NCBI GenBank assembly: GCA_963718565.1
Contig: OY970364.1
Span: forward strand, 1,184,001-1,248,000
DNA length: 64,000 nucleotides
Source of the DNA: an uncultured Verrucomicrobiae bacterium
GTDB lineage: Bacteria; Chlamydiota; Chlamydiia; Chlamydiales; Rhabdochlamydiaceae
Reading direction: 5' to 3'
Within the stretch, counting starts at the first letter, position 1. Every line of letters starts with the position of its first letter. Shown here in pieces: positions 1 to 8,039 of this stretch. The notes beneath the pieces are model-generated. The model was not told the DNA's origin. It searched no databases and saw only the letters and a program-made list of their open reading frames with translations. The position numbers and the translations under genes are program-made.

Positions 1-1
1 C

Positions 2-166
2 GCTATCGTAGGAAGACCTTCTTCAGAATCACTCAGTTTCGCCCCAGCGATCGAATATAATTTTAATGAGAACTGGGGGATCATCGCCGGCGCATGGGTT
101 TCTGCAATCGGACGAAACACGCTGGTCTTCCGCAATGCTCTTTTGAGTTTTGTTTACCAATATTAA
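2..166 (+). CDS. 3' end of a probable outer-membrane beta-barrel protein (partial, runs off window start)
   Basis: Frame 2 reads AIVGRPSSESLSFAPAIEYNFNENWGIIAGAWVSAIGRNTLVFRNALLSFVYQY*; alternating hydrophobic strands and terminal aromatic residue. Confidence 0.6.
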   Translation, partial: AIVGRPSSESLSFAPAIEYNFNENWGIIAGAWVSAIGRNTLVFRNALLSFVYQY

Positions 167-173
167 CCAAGCA

Positions 174-219
174 TTTCCCGATGAAGAATTTTCCTAGAGG
201 AAAATTCTTCATCGGGAAA
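174..219. terminator. Perfect 22-bp-arm hairpin (terminator or collapsed palindromic element)
   Basis: TTTCCCGATGAAGAATTTTCCT-AG-AGGAAAATTCTTCATCGGGAAA just after the stop at 166. Confidence 0.6.
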
Positions 220-288
220 ATAAATTACCCCATTGAGTTTTTTATTGTTATAAAAAAAAGGTATTTGTAAATACAAACAGTAGGGTTA

Positions 289-308
289 GAGGGAATTGCA
301 ATTCCCTC
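289..308. repeat. 20-bp palindromic scar of repeat family A
   Basis: GAGGGAATTGCAATTCCCTC, identical to 1592-1611 and equal to the two joined termini of the 182-bp element. Confidence 0.8.
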
Positions 309-371
309 GTTAGATTTTTGTGTTTTTGAAAATAACCGGCCCTTAAGGGCCGCGTTTCCACCGGAGGACGG

Positions 372-563
372 ATGAAAAAATACTCATTGCTCGGCTTTCT
401 CATTTTGTGCGCTTGCGGTGGCGGCCACTATCACGATGGCTATTATGATGATGGCTATTATGATGATCATCACCATCATCATCACGATCATGATCATGAT
501 GAACATCACGGAGATCATGACGGTGATCACCATGAAGGAAGCCACGGCGGCGGACACCACTGA
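372..563 (+). CDS. Small His/Asp-rich putative lipoprotein
   Basis: GGAGG RBS; MKK + hydrophobic stretch + LCAC lipobox-like motif; mature part mostly H/D/G/Y; 15-bp tandem repeat (DGYYD x2). Confidence 0.7.
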   Translation: MKKYSLLGFLILCACGGGHYHDGYYDDGYYDDHHHHHHDHDHDEHHGDHDGDHHEGSHGGGHH

Positions 564-567
564 AAAC

Positions 568-1572
568 TCAGCTGGTTTTATCCATTCGCCATTTAGCAAA
601 TTGCTTAGCGTAGTAAGTGATGATAAAATCAGCGCCAGCTCTTCGAATGCCACGCAAAATCTCTAGGACAGCTTTCTTTTCATCTAGCCAACCTCTTTCA
701 GCAGCAGCTTTGAGCATGGCAAATTCACCACTTGTATGGTAGGCTCCAAGAGGAACATAGGGATAAGCTTGTTTGACTCTGTAGATGACGTCAAGATAAG
801 CATGAGCTGGCTTGACCATGAGCATGTCCGCTCCTTCTTCCACATCGAGATGGGCCTCGCGTAAAGCTTCCCGCGCATTGGCAGTATCCATTTGATGAGT
901 GCTTCGATCGCCAAAACTTGGAGCTCCCTCTGCGGCAGCCCGAAAAGGTCCGTAGAGACACGAGTGATATTTCACTGAATAGCTAAGAATGGGGATCTGC
1001 TCAAAACCTGCTCCATCCAATCCTCGGCGGATCGCTGCAACCATCCCATCGATCATGCCGCTGGGCGCAACGACATCGACACCAGCTTGTGCATGGCTGA
1101 TGGCTTGCTTTACAAGCAATTCTAGTGTTTTATCGTTGTCAAGATCGACCTTCCCGGCTCTTGGGCTTAAATATCCGCAATGCCCATGATCGGTATATTC
1201 GCAAAAACAGAGATCGGAAAAAATCAGAAGATCAGGAGCAGCTTTTCGAATGGTTCTAATGGCCTCTTGAATGATCCCATTTTCATGGTAGGCATCTGAG
1301 CCCAGAGGATCTTTGTACGGCGGTATCCCAAATAATAAAACCGATCTCAGACCAAGATCGACAATCTCTTCAATTTCTTGAGGAAGACATGGAATCGGAA
1401 TGTGGAACAGCCCAGGCATGGTGTCAATAAGCTGTTTTTTGCCTTCATGCCCTTTAATAAAAAGCGGGAGAATGAGATTTTGAAGATCAATCTCAGTTTC
1501 CCGAATCAAATCCCGCAAAATAGGATGCTGTCTTAACCGTCTTAAACGTGAGAATGGGAATGTCGTCGTCAT
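568..1572 (-). CDS. hemB: Porphobilinogen synthase (ALA dehydratase)
   Basis: RLRRLR N-terminus, DLCFCEYTDHGHCG Zn motif, APSGMIDG, YGPFR, MVKPA, AGADFIITY. Confidence 0.97.
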   Translation of the reverse strand: MTTTFPFSRLRRLRQHPILRDLIRETEIDLQNLILPLFIKGHEGKKQLIDTMPGLFHIPIPCLPQEIEEIVDLGLRSVLLFGIPPYKDPLGSDAYHENGIIQEAIRTIRKAAPDLLIFSDLCFCEYTDHGHCGYLSPRAGKVDLDNDKTLELLVKQAISHAQAGVDVVAPSGMIDGMVAAIRRGLDGAGFEQIPILSYSVKYHSCLYGPFRAAAEGAPSFGDRSTHQMDTANAREALREAHLDVEEGADMLMVKPAHAYLDVIYRVKQAYPYVPLGAYHTSGEFAMLKAAAERGWLDEKKAVLEILRGIRRAGADFIITYYAKQFAKWRMDKTS

Positions 1573-2393
1573 CACTTGCCTTTATCCTCTAGAGGGAATT
1601 GCAATTCCCTCTCTACTTTATCGAGCTGAAGATTCACTTGAGCGATATAGAATTTTGATGTCCCTTCAAACCCTGAATCTGTCCCTAAGAAGATCCAGAG
1701 GCGGCCTTGAGAATCGCTTTGCGCGCGCAAGGGGATTCTATGACCTAGCTGTTTAGGACAATAACGGGAATCATAAGGATCTAGGGCCGGACTTTCCAAA
1801 TCGCCGATGACTAGAGCATTTTTTCCAGAGCTCGCTTGATTACCCTTGTCGACATTCAACAGATAATAGTCATTTAGAAGGACCTTTTTGGGCTCTTCGC
1901 AACTCGCACCAACTTTGAAAAATACGCTTTTCCCTGGAGACCCGCCAATTCCCACCGAAAACCCTGAGGAGACATTGCTTTCGATCCAAACAGAAAAAAT
2001 GAGATCATAAAAGGCATTGGGCTGCAAACCTTCAATTTGGCGCTTGGCAAACATAAAAAGATCATCACTATGGTTATTTCCTGTTAAGAAAAAACCTTTT
2101 GTGAGGTTTGTACTGGAAGTGCTGATCTCAACAGGAAGATTTTCCCATCCCCATGCGAGTTCGAAAAAACTCTCGCCACCTACAGGATAATCCGCAAACT
2201 CCCCCACCCATCCATGATTGCTGTTAGAGAAAGTAAACTCATTGACGATCTCTTGCGCCCCAAACAACGAAATCGACCTGATTAGGGAAATAACGATAAA
2301 TAGAGGGAATCGCAAAACTCCTCGCCAGCAGAAAATCGATGATTTTGGCACCTGTTGCCAGAACCCGCACAGCGGGTTCGGTTGACAGATCAT
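1572..2393 (-). CDS. Exported hypothetical protein carrying family-A repeat DNA in frame at both ends
   Basis: AGAGG RBS before ATG 2393; signal-like FIVISLIRSISLFGA; GNNHSDDLFMF and GTDSGFEG motifs; stop overlaps hemB start. Confidence 0.75.
   Translation of the reverse strand: MICQPNPLCGFWQQVPKSSIFCWRGVLRFPLFIVISLIRSISLFGAQEIVNEFTFSNSNHGWVGEFADYPVGGESFFELAWGWENLPVEISTSSTNLTKGFFLTGNNHSDDLFMFAKRQIEGLQPNAFYDLIFSVWIESNVSSGFSVGIGGSPGKSVFFKVGASCEEPKKVLLNDYYLLNVDKGNQASSGKNALVIGDLESPALDPYDSRYCPKQLGHRIPLRAQSDSQGRLWIFLGTDSGFEGTSKFYIAQVNLQLDKVERELQFPLEDKGK
1592..1611. repeat. 20-bp family A scar inside a coding sequence
   Basis: GAGGGAATTGCAATTCCCTC, translated as RELQFP near the C-terminus of 1572..2393. 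Confidence 0.85.
2303..2384. repeat. Truncated family A palindromic element (left half)
   Basis: Near-identical to 53445-53526 and 51154-51235. Confidence 0.9.
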
Positions 2394-2467
2394 GTCTTAT
2401 AACCTCTTCTATTCTCAGAAGAAATTAAAGAACGAAAAAACATTAAAGTCAATTAATGTCTATTGAC

Positions 2468-2540
2468 GGGGTTGTAAATAAAAGTGTTGAGGCTAGGCAT
2501 TGAAGTAATGCCTAGCCTCAACACTTTTATTTACAACCCC
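2468..2540. mobile_element. 73-bp perfect-hairpin MITE with 8-bp target duplication
   Basis: 34-bp perfect arms GGGGTTGTAAATAAAAGTGTTGAGGCTAGGCATT; CTATTGAC at 2460-2467 and 2541-2548. Confidence 0.8.
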
Positions 2541-3029
2541 CTATTGACGAATCGTCACGATTTGAGCTCTCGTGATTTTGAGCAAATCATTAGGCGTAAT
2601 CCGAAATACGGCATAAGGCGTCCCCGCTGCCGCCCAAATCTCCTGATACGTCATTAAATCCTCGTCAATAAGTGGTTGATTATCAAGAGGATAGCCTAAA
2701 GGTGGAACTCCACCAATGGCGAACTTTGTATGCTCAGTGATGAAATCCGCATCTGGCTTCTCAATTCCTTCGCCAAGATATTCCACAATTTTCATTTCGT
2801 CGAGGCGATTTTTTCCACTCATAATCACGCAAATGGGTTGATGAGTTTTTTCGCCTTTGAATATCAAAGTCTTAGCAATCTGACCGACCTCACAGCCAAT
2901 CAGCTCGGCGGTTTCCTTGGATGTGCGCGTGAGTTGTTTAAACTCAATCACTTTAACTTCAAGATGATAATCTTGTAACAGATTTTGAATGCGTTGCGAA
3001 GAGTGCTTTAGATCTTTATTCATAAACAT
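2541..3029 (-). CDS. YbaK/EbsC family aminoacyl-tRNA deacylase
   Basis: QIAKTLIF, GGVPPLG, WAAAGT motifs; 162 aa. Confidence 0.9.
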   Translation of the reverse strand: MFMNKDLKHSSQRIQNLLQDYHLEVKVIEFKQLTRTSKETAELIGCEVGQIAKTLIFKGEKTHQPICVIMSGKNRLDEMKIVEYLGEGIEKPDADFITEHTKFAIGGVPPLGYPLDNQPLIDEDLMTYQEIWAAAGTPYAVFRITPNDLLKITRAQIVTIRQ

Positions 3030-3267
3030 CAGTCTTTTGTTTCTATCACCATACTATTATAATCGCTTTATTAAATAAATATTGTCAATTTTGTAATTAA
3101 TATAATTATAAAGTGGTTCCTTTTGTCTAGACCAAAAATCGAGAAATCTAAGCTAATCTCCTCTGTTGTTTAATCTAACTCCCAGGGCCCTATACAAAAG
3201 CCCACGGGTTTGCAAAGGGCAGTCAGCCCTTTGCTGGGGTTCAAGGGGCAAAGCCCCTTTCTTTTTC

Positions 3268-3554
3268 TTATGTCCCATAATACACCTCTGCTGGGGTTCG
3301 ATAATCGAGACCCTGATGGGGTCGCTTGTTGTTGTAAAACTCAAAGTACTTTTTCAGCCCCGATCGAACCTCTTTCATGCTCTCGTATCCTTTCGGGTAA
3401 ATTTCTTCATACTTCACGCTTCTCCACAGCCTCTCAATAAACACGTTATCAAGAGCTCGACCCTTCCCGTCCATACTGATTTTAATCCCATTCTCTTCAA
3501 GTTTCCCGGTGAATTGACTACTCGTAAACTGCACACCTTGATCAGTATTAAATA
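3268..3554 (-). pseudogene. IS3 orfB C-terminal fragment (integrase core)
   Basis: TDQGVQFTS, ISMDGKGRALDNVFIERLWRSVKYE, YNNKRPHQGL. Confidence 0.9.
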
Positions 3555-4733
3555 CTCACCTTACGCAAATCGGTAAAAATTTCTTGACAAGGCCTGTCTT
3601 TTTTTCGTAGTCTTGTTCAATTTTTTGGAGAAAAAATGAACAGACTACTCGATATCTATTCGGATTACTTGATTGCTCAGAATCAATATGCAACAGCAGT
3701 TGGTCTCTCAGATCTCTTAGAAGGCCGGATTAGTCATGACAAAATTACTAGATTTTTGAACAGCAATGAATTTTCATCCAAAGAGCTATGGGAATACATC
3801 AAGCCGGAAATTCGCAAGATTGAACAAGATGTAGGAGGAGTGCTTATTTTTGATGACACGATTGAAGAGAAGACCTACACGGACGAAAATGAGATTATTT
3901 GCTGGCATTACTCGCATGCCAAGGGAAGATGTGTGAAGGGGGTCAACCTTTTATCATGTCTTGCTCGCTACGGAGATATTGCCTTACCCATTGCTTATGA
4001 GCCTATTTATAAAGACGTGCTTTTTTGTGATGTCGCCAGCAAAAAAGTAAAAAGACAGTCTTCAGTCAGTAAAAATCAAATGTTTCGATCTATGATTGCC
4101 CAAGCTGTAACCAATAAGGTTAAATTTGACTATATATTGTCTGATAATTGGTTCGGAGCGAAAAAAAATATGGAGTTTATTCATTATGATATGAAAAAGA
4201 AGTTTGTAATTGGGATCAAAGCTAATCGATTGGTCGCTCTTTCTGAAGAGGACAGAAAAAATGGTCAGTACCAAAATCTAAATGCATTACCACTCAAGGA
4301 TGGAGAAAAAAGAATAGTCTGGCTAAAAGACATGTCTTTTTCTGTAGCACTCATTACAAAGATCTTCAAAAACGAAGACGGCTCTACAGGCACTCTATAC
4401 CTTGTTACAAATGACTTAGAAAGTAGTGCTGACCGAATCTACGAAATCTACCAAAAACGGTGGCGCATAGAAGAATATCACAAATCGATCAAGCAGAACG
4501 CTAGCCTTGAGAAATCGCCGACTAAGGTTCTGCGCTCTCAAAAGAACCATATTTTTGCATCAATCATCGCTTATTGCAAGTTGGAATTTCTCCGAACTCA
4601 AACTTTTTTGAATCATTTTGCTCTGAAATATCAATTACTGATGAAGGCAAATCGAATGGCATTTTTAGAACTTGAACGGCTGCGGTTCAGAACTGGTTGC
4701 GATATGGTTGGAGCCCATTTTGCGTAAGGTGAG
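3555..4733 (+). mobile_element. Intact IS (IS701-like DDE) inserted in IS3 orfB
   Basis: Perfect IRs CTCACCTTACGCAAA; flanking direct repeat TTAAATA (3548-3554, 4734-4740). Confidence 0.9.
3636..4727 (+). CDS. DDE transposase (IS701-like / IS4 superfamily)
   Basis: LIFDDT, LSDNWF, YQKRWRIEEYHKSIKQ (YREK-type motif); lies between the IRs. Confidence 0.9.
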   Translation: MNRLLDIYSDYLIAQNQYATAVGLSDLLEGRISHDKITRFLNSNEFSSKELWEYIKPEIRKIEQDVGGVLIFDDTIEEKTYTDENEIICWHYSHAKGRCVKGVNLLSCLARYGDIALPIAYEPIYKDVLFCDVASKKVKRQSSVSKNQMFRSMIAQAVTNKVKFDYILSDNWFGAKKNMEFIHYDMKKKFVIGIKANRLVALSEEDRKNGQYQNLNALPLKDGEKRIVWLKDMSFSVALITKIFKNEDGSTGTLYLVTNDLESSADRIYEIYQKRWRIEEYHKSIKQNASLEKSPTKVLRSQKNHIFASIIAYCKLEFLRTQTFLNHFALKYQLLMKANRMAFLELERLRFRTGCDMVGAHFA

Positions 4734-5290
4734 TTAAATATCTCAGGTCTTTTTTGCCAAAGACTCCTTTGCAATGCCTCCATGCAAAATTCTGTATCAA
4801 GCAGATTTGAGAGCTCCCACTCAATCACGTACCGACTATACCAGTCTATGATTGCAAACAGATATCCGAATCCTTTTGTTAATGGAATGTAAGTGATGTC
4901 AGCTGCCCAAGCTTGATCGGAACGATCAACAATTAGGCCCCTCAGTAAATACGGGAACTTTTTATGCTGTTTATTCCCAGCGCTCAGGTTCGGCTTTGGA
5001 TAGATCGCCTCTATCCCCATCACCTGCATCGCTGTTCGCACTTTTTTCTGTCCCACGACAAATCCTAGTTTTCTCATTGCCACTGTCATTCGACGCCTCC
5101 CATAATAGGGGGTTTCGAGGTACTGTTTGTCGATTGCGCACATGAGTCGCAAGTCTTCTTCACCAGGCTGCTGTGGCTCGTAGTACAATCCAGATCGACA
5201 TACTCCGAGGAGCTTACACTGTGCTCTTTGGGAAAATTTGATATCGTGAGGTTCAATGAGTGCCCGTTTTTCATTCAGGTCAAAGCCCCC
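4734..5290 (-). pseudogene. IS3 orfB N-terminal fragment
   Basis: PYYGRRRM, MGIEAIYPKP, KFPYLL, WAADITYIP, IIDWYSR, PEIFN then break at the inserted IS. Confidence 0.88.
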
Positions 5291-5565
5291 AATTTTTTTT
5301 TAAGCCACTCGTTCTCCATCTTGAGTCTTCCAATCTGTTCGAACAGTTCGGCCTTTTCTTTGCCCTCTGCTGTATCCCTAGACCTCCTGGTCTTTACAAA
5401 AATCTGAGGTCCTGCCTCAATAAATTGTTTTTTCCATTCCGACAGAACTACGGGATGTACCCCCAACTCGCCAGCGAGTTGGGTTGCTGTCTTCTCACCC
5501 TTGAGCACTTCTAGTACTACTTTGAGCTTGAACTCCGGTGAATATTGTTTTTTTGTTTTGGCCAT
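5275..5565 (-). CDS. IS3 orfA (HTH)
   Basis: YSPEFKLKVVLE, LFEQIGRLKMENEWLKKK; A9 slippery run at 5293-5301 suits a -1 frameshift. Confidence 0.9.
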   Translation of the reverse strand: MAKTKKQYSPEFKLKVVLEVLKGEKTATQLAGELGVHPVVLSEWKKQFIEAGPQIFVKTRRSRDTAEGKEKAELFEQIGRLKMENEWLKKKLGALT

Positions 5566-5723
5566 TTTGGCCTCCTCGCATTGGGAGGATATTAGCTTAG
5601 ACAGTGGTCTAAATTTTGGGGACCATTATATTAAGCTTTAATAAATGAATTAAAAAAATATTAATTATTAAAGCCTCAATTTTATAAAGAAGCGATTAAA
5701 AGTAAGAGCTTTAGAGAAGAAAG

Positions 5724-5757
5724 ATTGCCTAGCACTCTTAAGGAGTTGCTAGGCATT
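5724..5757 (-). terminator. Hairpin downstream of SWIB gene
   Basis: TGCCTAGCACTC-TTAAG-GAGTTGCTAGGCA imperfect stem. Confidence 0.5.
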
Positions 5758-5770
5758 TCAAATCATTGGA

Positions 5771-6064
5771 TTATTTGATGTGTTTGCTGAGCAAGCCTGC
5801 AAGCTTGAGCATATCGACAGGTTTTTTGCCGATAACTTCAGACAATTTGTTATCTGGAACGATAAGGCGTCGATTTTTTGTGTCTTGACATTTGTGTGCT
5901 TTAATATAAGCCCATAATTTTTTAACAACCTGTGGGCGTGTCAAACTTTTTGAACCGACGACAGCTTGAAGTTCAGGCGACAGCGCATAGGTTTGTTGAC
6001 TCAACCCGGATTTCCTTTTAGCGCCGGTCTTTTTCTTAGCTGTTGTTTTTTTCTTTTTGGCCAT
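5771..6064 (-). CDS. SWIB/MDM2-domain protein with Lys-rich N-terminus
   Basis: LSPELQAVVG..LTRPQVVKKLWAYIKAHKCQD..NRRLIVPDNKL; start placed at MAKKKK. Confidence 0.92.
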   Translation of the reverse strand: MAKKKKTTAKKKTGAKRKSGLSQQTYALSPELQAVVGSKSLTRPQVVKKLWAYIKAHKCQDTKNRRLIVPDNKLSEVIGKKPVDMLKLAGLLSKHIK

Positions 6065-6184
6065 AAATAATTTCCCTCTTTCTTTTAAACAAGTTTTGGG
6101 GGAGATTGGATGCTCCTTTTCCAAATCTTCTAATCATGATGTAAAAGTTTTTCTGAATTCCAGCAAGATCATTTTTTAATTTTT

Positions 6185-6547
6185 TTATTCCCTAGCTAAA
6201 AATAAAGCTGTTTCTAGCGGCAGTTCTTTCACTAAAGCAGATACCTGTATGAACTCAAATTCGGTAACATCAGGAATCTGCTGCCCTTGCCCAACAAGCC
6301 TTTTAATTTTTTCCTTGTCGACAACTTCTTGCACTTTGACAGCATTGAATAGTTTTGCACTTTCTATGGAAGTGCGAATAGAAAGCCGTCGGACACGTCT
6401 CACAGAGTACTCTCCAACACGGATCGCTTTTGTTTCTTTGGGAATAAACTCCAGGATTTCTGAGACAAGATTTTTTTTCATTCTTTCTAATTCTTCGATT
6501 TTTTTCCCCAAATCCTTGTAAGCTGCAATTTTTTCTTCAAGTGTCAT
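6185..6547 (-). CDS. Hypothetical protein with N-terminal coiled coil
   Basis: GGAGG RBS, 120-aa ORF. Confidence 0.7.
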   Translation of the reverse strand: MTLEEKIAAYKDLGKKIEELERMKKNLVSEILEFIPKETKAIRVGEYSVRRVRRLSIRTSIESAKLFNAVKVQEVVDKEKIKRLVGQGQQIPDVTEFEFIQVSALVKELPLETALFLARE

Positions 6548-6647
6548 TGTCCTCCTATAAAATATTGACTTTTAAATTAAACAGTCTAAAATTGAGATTA
6601 ATTCTTTAGAAGAAAAACATTATCAAGTCCCGCTCTTCAAAACTTGA

Positions 6648-7011
6648 TCAAACCTGATCATATATAACCAAATTATCAACTTTTGATCGAGGGCTATCAT
6701 GCCCTCGGTTTAATTTCCTGGTGCTGCAAATTACTTTGCTGTCTTGCCCCCACGGTGTCACATGTACACCATTAGGCAAAACACACCAGGCCCATCGCTT
6801 TTGGATAAAAGCGAGGTCTGAGCCAGACACTATAGAGGGTCTTTGATGCCTCCGGGTTGCCGGAATGGATAAATTCCCGCTTGAGTTCCAGGCTTTTTTC
6901 TAGCAGATGATTATAAAGCCAATTACAGATCCGCGATTGCCCATCGAGCTCAGAAATTGTTTGAGGGTCTGCTTCAATTCTCAGCTTAAGAACCAGATTC
7001 TCTTTAGACAT
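6648..7011 (-). pseudogene. tnpB: TnpB remnant (N-terminal ~60 aa joined to a short 3' tail)
   Basis: MSKENLVLKLRI..LDGQSRICNWLYNHLLE resembles a TnpB N-terminus; no RuvC or Zn-finger region present. Confidence 0.75.
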
Positions 7012-7426
7012 TGGCGACCGCATTTTGAAGGTTGGCCAAAAGCTGTTTGTTCTTATGGCTTCTTGAACCATTTTGCTCAAGCAGTTGTTTTAGCCCACGT
7101 TTATTATAGTTCATCCCGGAACCGAGGTCTTTGGTTACCGAAAACACCCATCCTTTTGCAGAGCAGTAAATTTCTAACATATGGACTTGTCGTTGTAAAT
7201 CTTCTTTTTGATCATGACTCGAAACTCTTGCGTAGGCAACAGTTAGACGATCAGAGGTTTTATCTCCGCAATTAAATGGCTGTAACTGAGTGAGACTATA
7301 GCGGCGTTGGCCGCCCTGTGTGCGATGACAGAGAACGATTTCCTTTTGTCTTTCCCATCGGCGGAGTGTTTGTGGAGAAACTCCCAAACATTTTGCTGCT
7401 TCCTGAATGCTTAAAAACTTGTTCAT
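7004..7426 (-). pseudogene. tnpA: IS607 serine recombinase TnpA with in-frame internal deletion
   Basis: MerR-like HTH (LGVSPQTLRRWE), YARVSSHDQKEDL, DLGSGMNY; jumps to GSRSHKNK without the DRLxRFG segment. Confidence 0.85.
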
Positions 7427-7522
7427 TCTGATAATATATAATCAGGTTTGAATAAGTTCAAGGGATTCTGTTACAAGCCCCGTCTCGAAAATTTCCAAAA
7501 ATTTCACCAATGAACAGAAGAA

Positions 7523-7651
7523 GATGCATTCCAGAAAGAGCAGGCAATCACCGCGACCAATAACCTTCACACAATTATTCCTCTTGTTATGGCCGCAGCG
7601 CCAATGATGGGCGGCTATCTCAATCACGCATTTGGATTCCGCTCAAACTGA
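7523..7651 (+). pseudogene. Fragment of an MFS (Bcr/CflA-like) transporter gene
   Basis: DAFQKEQAITATNNLHTIIPLVMAAAPMMGGYLNHAFGFRSN* resembles the TM5 APxxGG..FGWR motif; no start codon. Confidence 0.55.
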
Positions 7652-7680
7652 TAACCGATTTAGAATCAAAGACTTCCAAC

Positions 7681-7714
7681 GAATTTGAGATCGGAATCTT
7701 CCGATCTCAAATTC
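7681..7714. terminator. Perfect 16-bp-arm hairpin
   Basis: GAATTTGAGATCGGAA-TC-TTCCGATCTCAAATTC downstream of small ORF 7725..7844. Confidence 0.55.
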
Positions 7715-7724
7715 AAAAAGCCTA

Positions 7725-7844
7725 TTACAAGTGTTTGATATGGCTTGAGAGCCTATGAAGGTCGCGGCTTAATCTATCAATTCTTCTTGCGAGTACAGCT
7801 TTTTTTCGACGGAAACGTCTTGTTATCATCATTGTTTTTCTCAT
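7725..7844 (-). CDS. 39-aa Arg/Lys-rich small protein (not in ORF track)
   Basis: AGAGGA RBS; MRKTMMITRRFRRKKAVLARRIDRLSRDLHRLSSHIKHL*; hairpin downstream. Confidence 0.5.
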   Translation of the reverse strand: MRKTMMITRRFRRKKAVLARRIDRLSRDLHRLSSHIKHL

Positions 7845-8039
7845 ACATTCCTCTTATTTTACTCTTTCTGGGACGCCGATGGGGTTTCGACAAACCTCAC
7901 AACATTAATATACAATTTATGAAATTATTTTTAAATATAATGCGAATGTAAATAACAATTGCTATTTTCATAACAAACTAATATTCAACTTTAAATAATC
8001 CAAGAAATAAATTTTACAAGAAGCGATGGGCTCAGGTTA

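Larger units (their letters stand above)
3107..5630 (-). mobile_element. IS3-family element, interrupted by a second IS
   Basis: orfA + split orfB; imperfect terminal IRs TATAAAGTGGTTCC..TAGACCA / TGGTCTAAATTTTGGGGACCATTATA; ends approximate. Confidence 0.85.
6630..7479 (-). mobile_element. Internally deleted IS607-family element
   Basis: tnpA + tnpB remnants; GG-bounded ends (GGCTTGTAACAG.. / ..AAGTTTTGAAGAGCGG); subterminal motif AACTT.(A/T)TCAAACCTGAT.ATATA near both ends in inverted orientation. Confidence 0.85.

Noticed and set aside
384..666. ORFs 384..653 (-) and 418..666 (+), rich in Met/Ile
   Set aside because: Alternative-frame readings of the His/Asp repeat gene that overlap hemB; the 372..563 frame has the RBS and signal peptide
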